A stretch of DNA of 63,134 nt, the filler included, from Octopus bimaculoides (lineage: Eukaryota): NCBI RefSeq assembly GCF_001194135.2. It is 8 parts of 5 records of this genome, joined end to end, with 100 filler letters (N's around TTAATTAATTAA, not from the genome) between each part and the next. Parts side by side here need not be neighbours in the genome. Positions count along the whole stretch, not along the records: positions 10,206 to 31,768 come from NC_068983.1; 7 more parts are not named here. The stretch is one strand, 5' to 3'. Positions 11,076 to 23,873 of this stretch are shown piece by piece. Every line of letters begins with the position of its first letter. Position 1 is the first letter of the stretch. The notes beneath the pieces are model-generated. The model made no database searches. It saw only the letters and a list, made by a program, of their open reading frames with translations, and was not told where the DNA came from. The translations under genes were made by a program, and so were the position numbers.

Positions 11076-11761
11076 TTATAGTGTGTATTATCTTAAACAT
11101 TGGTTTGTTCGTTTATTTTGGGTTCTTCACGCCAGAAGAAGGCAAAACAAAAAACATCACTGCCTGAACTCAGTATTTTTAGCGGGACACCACTTTATGT
11201 ATGCATGTATCTGACGTGACCCGGACTGCAAAATTGATGCAAGACATGATGCACATCATCCCACGCGTAAAGTACAGTCACAGGATGAGTCGAAACGATC
11301 GTCGTACGGAATAAAAATTAATACTAAATCCATCATTAATCGATTATTACTTAGCGTATTGACTTCTGACTCAGACACTACTAGCTCTAAATAAAACGCA
11401 TTTTAACATAATTTGAAACACTTACGTCACGGTGCTTGACTGCCTGTGTTTTTTATGTTCCACCAACCACCAAGTCGTCTGCGGTCCGACAACAATGAAA
11501 CGATATCACAAATACAAATGTTGATATAAGTAATGAAGATATGTGATCGACTAAATCCATCACATCAGTGCTCCAGCTTGACCGCAGTTTAGTGAAGCAA
11601 TCAAAATAATAAAGAATATGTGCATGCTACTCCGTTGCCCTTCACCTTGTAGTTGTGTGTTTATTCTCGCATCTTGTATCTTTTACTTGTTACTGTTACT
11701 AGGATGCGGCAATGCTCACGAATTTTAGTTGAACGAATCGTCCTTAGTACCTATCCAGCGG

Positions 11762-11793
<32 letters not shown>

Positions 11794-11875
11794 GAACTGC
11801 TAAGTTACAGAGTCTTCAGCAAGACATGGATTGTCAAGTGGTGATAGAGGACAAAAACAGACGACATAGATATAT

Positions 11876-11912
<37 letters not shown>

Positions 11913-11913
<1 letters not shown>

Positions 11914-12650
11914 GTTTGCGAAGACCCGTCAAACCAAGTGAGATCGTAGTTATGGTCGATGCCAATGTCGTGTAACTGGCTCGTTAAAAGCATCCTTCTA
12001 TCGTTGAGCGATATGCTGTGCTTGTGAAGACCTGTCGAACTGAGAGAAATCATAGTCGTGGGCCGATGCCAGTGCCGTCTGACTGGCACCCGCGCCGGTG
12101 GCACGTAAAACGCACTTTTAGTGCGTTGAGCTTCATGGAGGCAGTGACGTCAAGCCAAGTTAGACCGTAGTCATGGCCGATGCCAGTGTCACGTAACTGG
12201 ACCGTTAAAAACACCTTTTACGCGTAACTGGCCCGTTAAAAGCATCCTTCAGTCGTTGGGCGATATGCTGTGCTTGTGAAGACCTGTTGAACCGAGTGAA
12301 ATCATAGTCGTGACCGATGCCAGTGCCGTCTGACTGGCACTCGTGCCGGTGGTACGAGCGTTGGGCCTCATGGAGGCAGTGACTGGAGACCAAGACCTTT
12401 GGCAATATACTGTGCTTGTGTTAATCTGTCAAGCCAAGTTAGACCGTAGTCGTGGCTGATGCTGGTGTTAGCTTAATAGCACCCGTGCCGGTGGCACGTA
12501 AAAAGCACCTACGACACTCTCAGAGTGGTTGGCATTAGGATGCCTTACCAAATCAGAGTTGAACCTGGGGCAGATTACCAGTTTCCAGTTTCCAGTCAAA
12601 CCGTCCAACCCATACCAGCATAGAAATCGGACGTTAGCCGATGATGACGA
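11913..12650 (+). mobile_element. Second copy of the composite modular repeat family, with higher-order internal duplications
   Basis: Repeated modules gaagacc.gtc.a.ccaagt.aga.cgtagtc.tggccgatgccagtg and gtgccggtggcacgtaaaa; same 3' end as 4701-5463, ending gatgatgac. Confidence 0.75.
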
Positions 12651-12660
12651 TCGGATCTAT

Positions 12661-12783
12661 TCACAAGAGTTTGACTGCCAGTTGGTTATAATAGAAGACA
12701 CCCAAAGTATCCCACAGTGGGACAGAACTCGGAGCCATGTGGTTGGGAAGCAAACTTCTTACCGCATAGCCACACTTCTTGCA
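12661..12783 (-). mobile_element. tRNA-derived SINE head fragment (family A)
   Basis: Reverse complement resembles the head of the 53705 copy (ggctatgcggtaagaagtttgcttcccaaccacatgg). Confidence 0.65.
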
Positions 12784-12839
12784 TAAATTATTATCTCTAC
12801 ATGTCTGTTGTTGCGCACTTTGTATGCACAGACAGATAA

Positions 12840-12918
12840 ATAACAGACAGATACATACATAGACAGACAGAAAAATCGACACGCAAAGATAAAGACAGAT
12901 AGATAGATACATAGATAA

Positions 12919-12976
<58 letters not shown>

Positions 12977-13050
12977 TGATTGATTGATTGATTTATAGAC
13001 AGATAAACAGACAGTAAGACAGACAGACAAACAGATAGATAGATAGATAG

Positions 13051-13082
<32 letters not shown>
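12840..13082. repeat. (GATA)n/(GACA)n microsatellite
   Basis: Directly visible. Confidence 0.95.
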
Positions 13083-13401
13083 NNNNNNNNNNNNNNNNNN
13101 NNNNNNNNNNNNNNNNNNNNNNNNNNNNNNNNNNNNNNNNNNNNNNNNNNNNNNNNNNNNNNNNNNNNNNNNNNNNNNNNNNNNNNNNNNNNNNNNNNNN
13201 NNNNNNNNNNNNNNNNNNNNNNNNNNNNNNNNNNNNNNNNNNNNNNNNNNNNNNNNNNNNNNNNNNNNNNNNNNNNNNNNNNNNNNNNNNNNNNNNNNNN
13301 NNNNNNNNNNNNNNNNNNNNNNNNNNNNNNNNNNNNNNNNNNNNNNNNNNNNNNNNNNNNNNNNNNNNNNNNNNNNNNNNNNNNNNNNNNNNNNNNNNNN
13401 N

Positions 13402-13486
13402 AAGAAGAAGAAGAAGAAGAAGAAGAAGAAGAAGAAGAAGAAGAAGAAGAAGAAGAAGAAGAAGAAGAAGAAGAAGAAGAAGAAGA
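13402..13486. repeat. (AAG)n microsatellite
   Basis: Directly visible next to a gap. Confidence 0.95.
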
Positions 13487-15149
13487 AAGAGAGAATTAAT
13501 CAAACAAACTGATAAGAAGAGGGAGTTGTAGAATAAATTTGTTGGACGAATTTAGTCATTGAATGGTATGTAACCAAGGACAGTCAGAGAAACGATGAAA
13601 GTGGGAGGAGTTAATATTAAAGATGCAATTAGAATAAAATATATGTGGAAGAGTTTATTCATTAGACATACATATATATTTAACGAGGAAGAGTTTTTGT
13701 GTGTGTCGTGTATGTAGAATTGAAAGATTAATTTGAATGCAAGGTGGAGATATTAAAAACAGGTTGACAGTCGTGGTAGGAGAGATTAATAAATTAGAAA
13801 GAGAGAGAGAGTGGGAGGGACGTTGTGATTGGTGTGGGGAGAGATAAATAAGTGTGGAAGAGGGAGATAATGATATTTAAAAGTAATGTGGGTGGGAGAT
13901 GTAATATAGACAAGGGCAGTTGCAGCAGTGGTAATGGTGGTAGTAGATAATAATAATACAGACCAAATAGTAGGAGTGGGAGTAATGATTATACGGACGA
14001 AGTGGCGGTGGTCGCATAAGATCTAGTGATACAAATGAAGTGGTAGTAGTGGGAGATGTGAATGATGGAAGTGGGAGATGTAATATTATTGAAGGGGTAG
14101 TAGTAAGAGATATATATATATTTTTTTTTTAATATAGCGAAAATTACGATTGTTCGATGTGACAAAAAAAGTACTAATTGGACGATAGAGAAAGAGGGAG
14201 GTGCAGGAAGGGATTTGTGATAGTAGATATTCAATAATGAACTCTTGTGTAGTATTGTATGTAATAAACTCGGTATCGTAAAAGACTAAATTATGAGACG
14301 GAGTGAGTGGTAGTGGGAGATAGTTTAATAATGTGTATGCGCGCTTTATTTGTTGTTTTTTTTTTTTTTTNNNNNNNNNNNNNNNNNNNNNNNNNNNNNN
14401 NNNNNNNNNNNNNNNNNNNNNNNNNNNNNNNNNNNNNNNNNNNNNNNNNNNNNNNNNNNNNNNNNNNNNNNNNNNNNNNNNNNNNNNNNNNNNNNNNNNN
14501 NNNNNNNNNNNNNNNNNNNNNNNNNNNNNNNNNNNNNNNNNNNNNNNNNNNNNNNNNNNNNNNNNNNNNNNNNNNNNNNNNNNNNNNNNNNNNNNNNNNN
14601 NNNNNNNNNNNNNNNNNNNNNNNNNNNNNNNNNNNNNNNNNNNNNNNNNNNNNNNNNNNNNNNNNNNNNNNNNNNNNNNNNNNNNNNNNNNNNNNNNNNN
14701 NNNNNNNNNNNNNNNNNNNNNNNNNNNNNNNNNNNNNNNNNNNNNNNNNNNNNNNNNNNNNNNNNNNNNNNNNNNNNNNNNNNNNNNNNNNNNNNNNNNN
14801 NNNNNNNNNNNNNNNNNNNNNNNNNNNNNNNNNNNNNNNNNNNNNNNNNNNNNNNNNNNNNNNNNNNNNNNNNNNNNNNNNNNNNNNNNNNNNNNNNNNN
14901 NNNNNNNNNNNNNNNNNNNNNNNNNNNNNNNNNNNNNNNNNNNNNNNNNNNNNNNNNNNNNNNNNNNNNNNNNNNNNNNNNNNNNNNNNNNNNNNNNNNN
15001 NNNNNNNNNNNAGTAGAATTTTAAAGTAACTACTGAGGTCGATTTGTTCGACCAAGCTCTTCATAGCGTTGCTTCAACATGGCCACAGAACAACACCTGA
15101 AGCAAGGTCGATCTCTGTCGAAGAGACAAGAAAAAGGGTTAGCTATAAT

Positions 15150-15285
15150 ACTGATCTTGTAACTCTACATATTGACCCCGAAAGGAAGAAAAGTAAAGAT
15201 AACATCGGCGGGATTTGAACTCATAGCACCGAAACGAATGCTACAAGGAAACTATCCGACGTTCAGATGATTCGACCAATTCGGC

Positions 15286-15286
<1 letters not shown>
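15150..15286 (-). mobile_element. Diverged CORE-type SINE (family B)
   Basis: gaccccgaaagga.gaaa.gtaaag..aac.tcggcgggatttgaactc, homologous to 52731-52950. Confidence 0.65.
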
Positions 15287-15326
<40 letters not shown>

Positions 15327-16120
15327 TATGTGTGTGTGCATGTATGTATATGGTGTCTGCGTGTGCGTGTGTATGTGTGTGTATGTATATGCTATGTGTA
15401 TGTATATGATGTTTGTGTANNNNNNNNNNNNNNNNNNNNNNNNNNNNNNNNNNNNNNNNNNNNNNNNNNNNNNNNNNNNNNNNNNNNNNNNNNNNNNNNN
15501 NNNNNNNNNNNNNNNNNNNACATACATACATACATACATACATACATACATACATACATACGTGAGTGTATATGTATGCATGCATATATCTTTACACAGA
15601 CAATGTTAATGTGTGTTCATGTGTATTTGTTATCAAAAGAAAGAGTACTCAAAATCTGGTGTAGAGTATTCATTAATGAATAACTGTGTTGCTAGTCGGA
15701 GATTTGCGCTCTTATGATATATATACGATCGATTGTCTGTCGGCTACCTTCAGAGTTCAAATTCTTTATGTAGTAAAAAAGAATAAATAAGCAAAACGCA
15801 GATGCACGACTGGGTTGAGGACAGATTTACTTCTGCCTTTATAGCACGTAAATTGTAAGAGTGCTGTAGGAATGTACGCAACACGTGTACTACAGCAGTA
15901 CTATTCGTAGCTTAAAAGCTGTGACTAAAAAGCAGGGGCGAATTATGCCTACCTAATCTACAAAAAATAAGATATTTTGCATTTTATGCATGGTAATCAG
16001 AGTAAACTTCATAATTTTATTGAATTAGGTACATATTTTACCATAATAGTAAAATGCTACAATCGATCTCTTTAATTCAAGGTAGAAACTGCATACCTTT
16101 CCTACATACGCAGCACGTTA

Positions 16121-16169
<49 letters not shown>

Positions 16170-16559
16170 GTGTGTGTATGTGTGTCTGTGCGTGCACGCG
16201 CGTTCATGAAGGCTCGATATGGTTAAATGATTAACAGAAATGCTTCGTAATGGCCTTGTACCCCACTACGTGGCATAGCCTCATCAGTATATGATATTTT
16301 CCATATTCTTCAGTCAATGTCAGTCTTGGGTAAACTGAGGCACGCGGGGCTTTCTAAATGGCACGCGTAATTTCACAAGGAAAATAACGCTTGCTAGCAG
16401 CGCGGTCCACCTGATGACAAACTGTGTTTCATGCAACCTGCGTCTCTAGAAGAGTTACCTGTGACTTGTCTATTCGGAAAGTACACAGGCACACGTCGCA
16501 TGGATTGTGCAAGTAATACAAAAGAAACAAGCTTGTCTCCTGCTAATTCAGTTAAGTTT

Positions 16560-17335
16560 CGTTACTGGAACTTAATTGTCAAATAACTGAAAACCATCAA
16601 ACCCTCCCAAATTTAGATGTTACAAAACAAGAGTTACTAAAGTGCTTGACAAACCGAAACACGAAACACCCTCCTCACCAAGCAAGCCTGGTGGGGGTAG
16701 CCAGTTTAGTCATCAACGATCCGACCACGCGACAGGTTGTACTGGATTACATGTTACCAGTAGCACTCCAGAGCGACTTGACCTTTTACTTTTTTATATT
16801 TATATATATTATTTACATTTAATTCTTATTTAATTCTTATTCACACATCGTACCTTTTTTATGCATATATATGTATATTTTTACTTCTGAATACATATTA
16901 TTAAGGTACCCCAAAAATTAAAAGTTGCAACCTTCAAATTATCTAGCAACTTGCAAAGATTCCAAGATGCTAAAGAAAGTGTCAATCTTGACTCAAACAA
17001 TCTATGGGAAGATTTCAAAACAAAAGTATTTCAAGCTGCAAGTTCATCAGTGGGATTTAAATTACATAAGTTCAGTGACTGGTTTTCAGATAGATCCGCA
17101 GAAATTCATGATCTACTTTTAGAAAAAACAAAGCTTAGGCATTACATTTCTTTCACAGTCCTTGAATCTCAACTCAAACGAAGCTTACAGACAGCTGAAA
17201 AGGAAAGTCCAGACTGCTCTAAGGAAAATTAAACAGGAATGGTGGAATGATAGGGCAAAAGGTACACAAGAAGCAGCTGATAGAAATGATGCCAAGGGTT
17301 TGTACTCTTATGTTAAGGAGATATATGGCCCCAAA
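16560..17335 (+). mobile_element. RTE-clade LINE fragment (endonuclease-RT linker)
   Basis: LWEDFKTKVFQAASSSVG..DWFSDRSAEIHDLL and KRKVQTALRKIKQEWWNDRAKGTQEAADRNDAKGLYSYVKEIYGPK resemble the RTE/BovB linker; frameshifted. The 5' boundary is approximate. Confidence 0.75.
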
Positions 17336-18522
17336 TTTCTCAAGAAGCCTAATTTCTCAAGATTAGTATTTAGGCAATGTGTTTACGTATACCAGTGCCC
17401 CAATAATTACAGGTATAAACCTAAATTTTATGTATGTATGTGTATATATATATATGTTTATAGGTTTAGGTGTACACATCTGTACGCTTGTTTCCATGCG
17501 ATTATGCACGCATGTNNNNNNNNNNNNNNNNNNNNNNNNNNNNNNNNNNNNNNNNNNNNNNNNNNNNNNNNNNNNNNNNNNNNNNNNNNNNNNNNNNNNN
17601 NNTATGTATGTATATATATACACACACGCGCACACATGCATACATAGTTATACACACACACAAACACACACACCCACACACACACACACATATGTATATA
17701 TATGTATAGGTTTATGTTCATGTTTCTGTATGTCTCTGTGTATATATATATATGTTTATAGGTTTAGGTGTACACATCTGTACGCTTGTTTCCATGCGAT
17801 TATGCACGCATGTAAATGTCTGTGTAGTGTGTGTGTGTGTGTGTGTGTGTATGAGCTTGAGTATATGTGTGTAATACTGAATAAGTCGTAACTATAAAAG
17901 GAACAAGATCACCACCACCACCACCGCCACCAAAAATAACAGCAACAACAACTACAACAAGAACAAAATTAATCACAAGAACAGATTATTGAGAAAATGG
18001 TTGGCAAAATAAAGAAATGAGTTAAAATCAACACATTTCCTTGTGTGAAATTTCTATCAACTTAAAGTAGATAAGAGCAAAAGAGAGACATATATATTTA
18101 AAGGAAGAGGCGAGAGAGAGATGAGTTTAGGACACAGGAAAAGATAGGAATACACATACATACACATCCACATGCACACATACACACATACACACACACA
18201 CATACCCTCGTCGGTGTTGTTTGACTCTAAGACACAAGCGATGCTGCCGTGCTGTGTGTTTGAGTCAAAATGTAAACACGTTCACGTTTTGACATATTCA
18301 TGGCCGAATCTATGTGTCCTATGCGGTAGGTTCGACTTTTTTTTTCTCCTTAATCGGTAAGGTTGTGTGCCCTCCAAGGGTCTGCGCCATGGTTTTTGTT
18401 TCTGTTTATTTAACTTTTTTCATCTTTGTCACTCTTTACTATCCTTCTCCCTTATGCCTCCCTCCCCTCTCTCTCTCTCTATATATACATACACATATAT
18501 ACATACATACATACATACATAC

Positions 18523-18578
<56 letters not shown>

Positions 18579-19882
18579 TTTATGTATATATATATATATG
18601 TATATATGTATGTATGTATCCCAATTTCTTTCTGTTTTATATGTGATGGCATGTACCGTTTAAAAAAGAAATGACGGATATTTGTTGCTATTAAAATTCC
18701 TAAAAGTTTGTATTTTCCATATGTCACTAAATCAAAGAGTTGATATAAAAATAAAACAAAATCATATAAAAATAAAAGTAGAAAGACTTGTTTTGCTTTA
18801 TCGAAGATATTTGACATTGTAAAAGAAGTAAAAAAAAAAAAACAAAAACAAAAACAACCTACAAAATTAAAAGAAAGAAAACTAAATGATAATTTCACTC
18901 CCTTGAAAAGAAGGATCCTTTAAAATATTCTGGTATCTATAACAAATATTGTTTTTTCTTTTCTTTTTTTCTTTTCTTTGATAGTCATGAATATCTTAGA
19001 AATATATAAAGTATAAGCGTATGAGAATAGATACGAAAAATGTATTATTACTCCTATACACTTATGTCTGAAGTACCATTAGATGACTTCTGAAAGGTCA
19101 GTAGAATCGATCATCATGTACTACACCTTATTGATATTTTTGATGAAACGCTCAATTATATCGATCTAAGTATTTGCCTGGTGGTTGTTAAATTAGAATT
19201 ATGAAACCAAGAACTGTTGCACACAGATCGTAATGGGTTATAATTAATTACAGCAAAACATTGAAATAAATAGTTTCTCAGTCAGACGACGAGAGGTTAT
19301 AAGTCCATCAATGTATCAAGTGAATTGAGGCAGGTTAAGTGCTCATCAAATAATGTTGCCCCTGTGCCATATCTTAAAGGCAAGGAACATTTCCAAAAAT
19401 ATCTAGGAGAAAATATTTTGAAACAAAAATATCAATATTTTAGTCATGGCAAATTTAACCACATATGAGTCGGATCACCGACCTACCGATTGAGGAAACA
19501 TCCAGTTATATCGTTCCTAGTATTCGTCTGTTATTTCTTAAATCAGGAAGATGAAAACAAGGTCGACCTTAGTCGAACTCAGTAGGTAATGGTCTACAAG
19601 CAATTACTGACTGAAGAGGACAAAAGATTAAATATCTGCTGGTATTTAGTCCCGCTCCCTAAGTCCGAGTTCAATACCATCTGTTTCAACTTTGTTTCCA
19701 TACTTCCTGTCAGATAATGAGTTAATGCATTCATCTTAATCACCCATCTCTGAGATAGTGGTTTCCAAACGGTACACCGCAGATTTCAAAAACATAATTG
19801 AAAGCTTTATAAAATTTATATTATTGCGCTGAGCAGCTTGACAAACGTGTTATTAATAATGTTGTTACACAATGTATAGAGA

Positions 19883-20252
19883 GGCCCAATGGCCCAGTGG
19901 TTAGGGCAGCGGACTCGCTGTTTCGATTCCCAGACCGGGCGTTGTGAGTGTTTATTGAACGAAAACACCTAAAGCTCCACAAGGCTCCGGCAGGGGGTGG
20001 TGGCGAACCCTGCTGTACTCTTTCACTATAACTTTCTCTCACTCTTACTTCCTGTTTCTGTTGTGCTTGTAATTCAACGGGTCAGCCTTGTCACACTGTG
20101 TCACTCTGAATATTCCCGAGAACTACGTTAAGGGTACACGTGTCTGTGGAATGCTCAGCCACTTGCAAGTTAATTTCACGAGCAGGCTGTTCCGTTGATC
20201 GGATCAACTGGAACGTTGACGTCGTAAGCGACGGAGTGCCAGCAACAACAAC
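19883..20252 (+). mobile_element. tRNA-derived SINE (family C), near full length, (AAC)n tail
   Basis: Head with A box (tggcccagtggttagg) and B-box-like (gtttcgattcc), unique body, aacaacaaca tail. Confidence 0.75.
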
Positions 20253-21882
20253 ATAATGTATGATAAATAAAACAAGTTAATAGCCTTCTAAAGTTTTTAA
20301 ATTATAATTTATTTTTAACTTTCCATACGAAGTGCACTTGTAATTTTATAATTTTCATGCGAAATCCACAATTTCTTTTTTCTTTTCCAGAGCAATGTGA
20401 TATGAAAAATATTGATGGTCACTGATTGAATCAATCTCAACTATTTTGATTCCATGATGTAAAAAAAAAAAAAAAAAATTGATACGTAGTCGTCTGTTTA
20501 TTCTTGAAATTACTATTGTTATACCGCCGATCTATAATGTCTGAGATGCGCTCTAAGTAACGAAACCGTTCTAAACGGACTAATGTAATGTCTAAGCATT
20601 GCTGACTTGTGGAGTTATGTCGAGCTGTCGTAGCGTGTAGAATGAATCCGGCTCTAGGCCGTGTCTCTGGCACAAAATGCCTCATCGCCTGCCTTTAGCA
20701 AACAAGGTGGGTCAGTCAGCGTTCCTAAAGGCGAGATTGTGTAGTGGAGGAAAGAGAAAGGGCCGAAGACAGACACTTTCCTTCTTTCCTCCTCCGGTTA
20801 ACCTTCATCCACTTTCTTCAATTCCATTTAAAAAGGTGATCAAGTCTGTGAAAAAAAAAATAAAGAAAAAGAAAAAAAGAACAGTAAGAAATATCTGTCA
20901 GCGATGTGTCACAAAAAGGTTATATATATCCTTGACGAGTTATTTGTCCATGAGCGGGTAATACGGAAAGTGACGTACCGATACTTCGGGAAGATGGGGT
21001 GCTCTCTGGATGCTTTTAAACGACGAAACCTTTGGACAGCGATGAGCTGCAGAATCACGTGCACATCTCCAAGTGCTCCATCAACCCCACTCTACTGTTA
21101 CCATCATTGCTACTACCAACACCATTACCATGACCTTCCCCACCACCACAACCGCTGTCACCATTCANNNNNNNNNNNNNNNNNNNNNNNNNNNNNNNNN
21201 NNNNNNNNNNNNNNNNNNNNNNNNNNNNNNNNNNNNNNNNNNNNNNNNNNNNNNNNNNNNNNNNNNNNNNNNNNNNNNNNNNNNNNNNNNNNNNNNNNNN
21301 NNNNNNNNNNNNNNNNNNNNNNNNNNNNNNNNNNNNNNNNNNNNNNNNNNNNNNNNNNNNNNNNNNNNNNNNNNNNNNNNNNNNNNNNNNNNNNNNNNNN
21401 NNNNNNNNNNNNNNNNNNNNNNNNNNNNNNNNNNNNNNNNNNNNNNNNNNNNNNNNNNNNNNNNNNNNNNNNNNNNNNNNNNNNNNNNNNNNNNNNNNNN
21501 NNNNNNNNAACATTTCCACGCCTCGTAACATTTTCTATACCGCTATTCATTAATTACAATCTTACCACCAACGTTGCTACCACCAGCACCACCACCACCA
21601 CAGCACCACCACAGCACCACCACAGCACCAGCAGTTAGCACCACTGCTATCAAAACCACCACTGCCACACCTCTCATTAAATGTGCATACATACTCCCCA
21701 CCAGTCATTAAAAGCATCCACATCAACATCTCATCTATATACTAACACCCATTACGTCATCACCCGAAAATCACAGCCACACCTTACAACTATCCACACA
21801 ACCTCCATCACATATTCAACCTTACCCCTCCCCACCCTTTACAACTAGCATCTCAGCAACTGTATGACACTTATAACTTTCA

Positions 21883-21931
21883 GGCTTAGTGGTAAGTAGT
21901 TTGCTTACCAACCACATGGTTCAGAGTTCAG
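21883..21931 (+). mobile_element. Family A SINE head fragment
   Basis: gtggtaagtagtttgcttaccaaccacatggttcagagttcagt matches 53705 head; cut by microsatellite. Confidence 0.75.
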
Positions 21932-21963
<32 letters not shown>

Positions 21964-22310
21964 TATATATATGTATGTATATATNNNNNNNNNNNNNNNN
22001 NNNNNNNNNNNNNNNNNNNNNNNNNNNNNNNNNNNNNNNNNNNNNNNNNNNNNNNNNNNNNNNNNNNNNNNNNNNNNNNNNNNNNNNNNNNNNNNNNNNN
22101 NNNNNNNNNNNNNNNNNNNNNNNNNNNNNNNNNNNNNNNNNNNNNNNNNNNNNNNNNNNNNNNNNNNNNNNNNNNNNNNNNNNNNNNNNNNNNNNNNNNN
22201 NNNNNNNNNNNNNNNNNNNNNNNNNNNNNNNNNNNNNNNNNNNNNNNNNNNNNNNNNNNNNNNNNNNNNNNNNNNNNNNNNNNNNNNNNNNNNNNNNNNN
22301 NNNNNNNATA

Positions 22311-22454
22311 TATATACGACGGGCTTCTTTCAGTTTTCGTTTACCAAATCCACTCACAAGGCTTTGGTCAGCCCGAGGCTATAGCAGAAGACACTTGCCC
22401 AAGGTGCCACGCAGTGGGACTGAAACCAGAACCATGTGGTTGGCAAGCAGGCTA
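22311..22454 (-). mobile_element. Family A SINE 5' half (head plus central domain), minus strand
   Basis: Reverse complement of 53725-53868. Confidence 0.85.
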
Positions 22455-22460
22455 TTATAT

Positions 22461-22672
22461 TTGTGTGTCTGTGCTTGTTCCCCCAACATCGCTTGACAAC
22501 CGATGCTGGTGTGTTTACGTCCCCGTAGCATTATCGGTTCGGCAAAAGAGACAGATAGAATAATTACCAGGCTTACAAAGAATAAGCTTTGGAGTCGATT
22601 TGCTCGACTAAAGGCGGTGCTCCGACATGGCTGCAGTCAAATGACTGAAACAAGTAAAAGAATAAAAGAATA
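22461..22672 (+). mobile_element. Family A SINE 3' half, plus strand
   Basis: Matches 54200-54400 (gcttgacaaccgatgctgg...gcagtcaaatgactgaaacaagtaaaaga). Confidence 0.85.
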
Positions 22673-23048
22673 TTTTGTGTATAGTAGAAGTATATAGCCT
22701 ATTTATTGCACATAAACTTAGGCAACAAAATCTTACATGGACCCCGGGTGCGAACCACTGTTATAGATATTACAACTAAATTTTCATCAAACCACCTACT
22801 TCTGCATAAAATTAGGAACGAATACATTGGAAAAAAGTAGACCCATCTATACCAACTGACGAGACAATATATATGCGTGTTAGTGACTATTTGGGAGGTT
22901 GCTTGTATGACGCTAGTTCTTGAAAGGCCAGACCTTCACCACACGCACTCAGACGCATATACATACATACATTATAATGATGGCCTTCTACTCGTAACCG
23001 AAGAAAACCATTACTGACTTTTAGGAACATTGCGCGCGCAAGACTACC

Positions 23049-23425
23049 TTATACTTTACACCTGCAGCTCTGTTGGTGACTAACGAACCCTGCTATTGAC
23101 AAACCCATACGACTGCAAGCATTGCAGAGCAAGCTTTCACCACTCATTACATTAGCAGTGTGTTTTCGAGCAGCACGCTTAAATTCTTCATGAAGAATAC
23201 GTGCTCTTTCAAAGATATCGACTCCCTCCGTTACGTGTTTCCTACATCCGTGGCGATGACAAGCATTATCGTCCCAGTCAGCCTCCCGCATTTCACAGGC
23301 CTCTCTCTAATGAGGACCTTATGCAGTCCTTAAATCGCGGTCTTGACTTCTGCTGGGGTCGCTTTCCATTAAGAGGTTCTCCATATAGCATCTGTTTAGG
23401 GATCCTGCTATCATTCATTCTAACA
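23049..23425 (-). mobile_element. RTE-clade LINE 3' end
   Basis: Minus translation MNDSRIPKQMLYGEPLNGKRPQQKSRPRFKDCIRSSL... then a CNAC..H zinc-finger-like end; typical RTE ORF C-terminus. Confidence 0.75.
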
Positions 23426-23458
23426 AAAATACATACATACATGCATATATATATATAT

Positions 23459-23576
23459 TGTGTCTCTGTATTTGTCCCTCACCTCATCGCTTGATAACCA
23501 ATATTGGTGTGTTTACGTTCCTGTAATTAGCGGTTCAGCCAAAGAGACCGATAGAATAAGTACTAGGCTTACAAAG
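23459..23576 (+). mobile_element. Family A SINE 3' fragment
   Basis: ccgatagaataagtactaggcttacaaag is identical to 54290-54318. Confidence 0.8.
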
Positions 23577-23837
23577 TATATATATATATATATATATATA
23601 TATAACGTGAGAGAGTTAGGGGTTGGGGGTACAACCCACTAAGGGATAGTATCTATCCAGTATACTGCTGTGAGGGTACCCAATTATTGCTACACTAGTG
23701 CTATACTAGGTGCAATCAATGGGAGCGGGTATATATATCTCGCTCTATACTCATCCAACATTTCATTCTGGAACATACGTATATTGAGTTCTAAACCGGA
23801 TTTTTGATCTCGTAATGTCAATGCAAAATATTAAAAC

Positions 23838-23873
<36 letters not shown>

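Noticed and set aside
11275-11310. GGATGAGTCGAAACGATCGTC, hammerhead-like with palindromic ACGATCGT
   Set aside because: C3/U4 are absent, stem II is essentially missing and stem I pairs only 2 bp; not supportable.
17441-17813. Identical 75-bp segments at 17441-17515 and 17739-17813
   Set aside because: 100% identity next to a gap within microsatellite-rich DNA suggests an assembly duplication.
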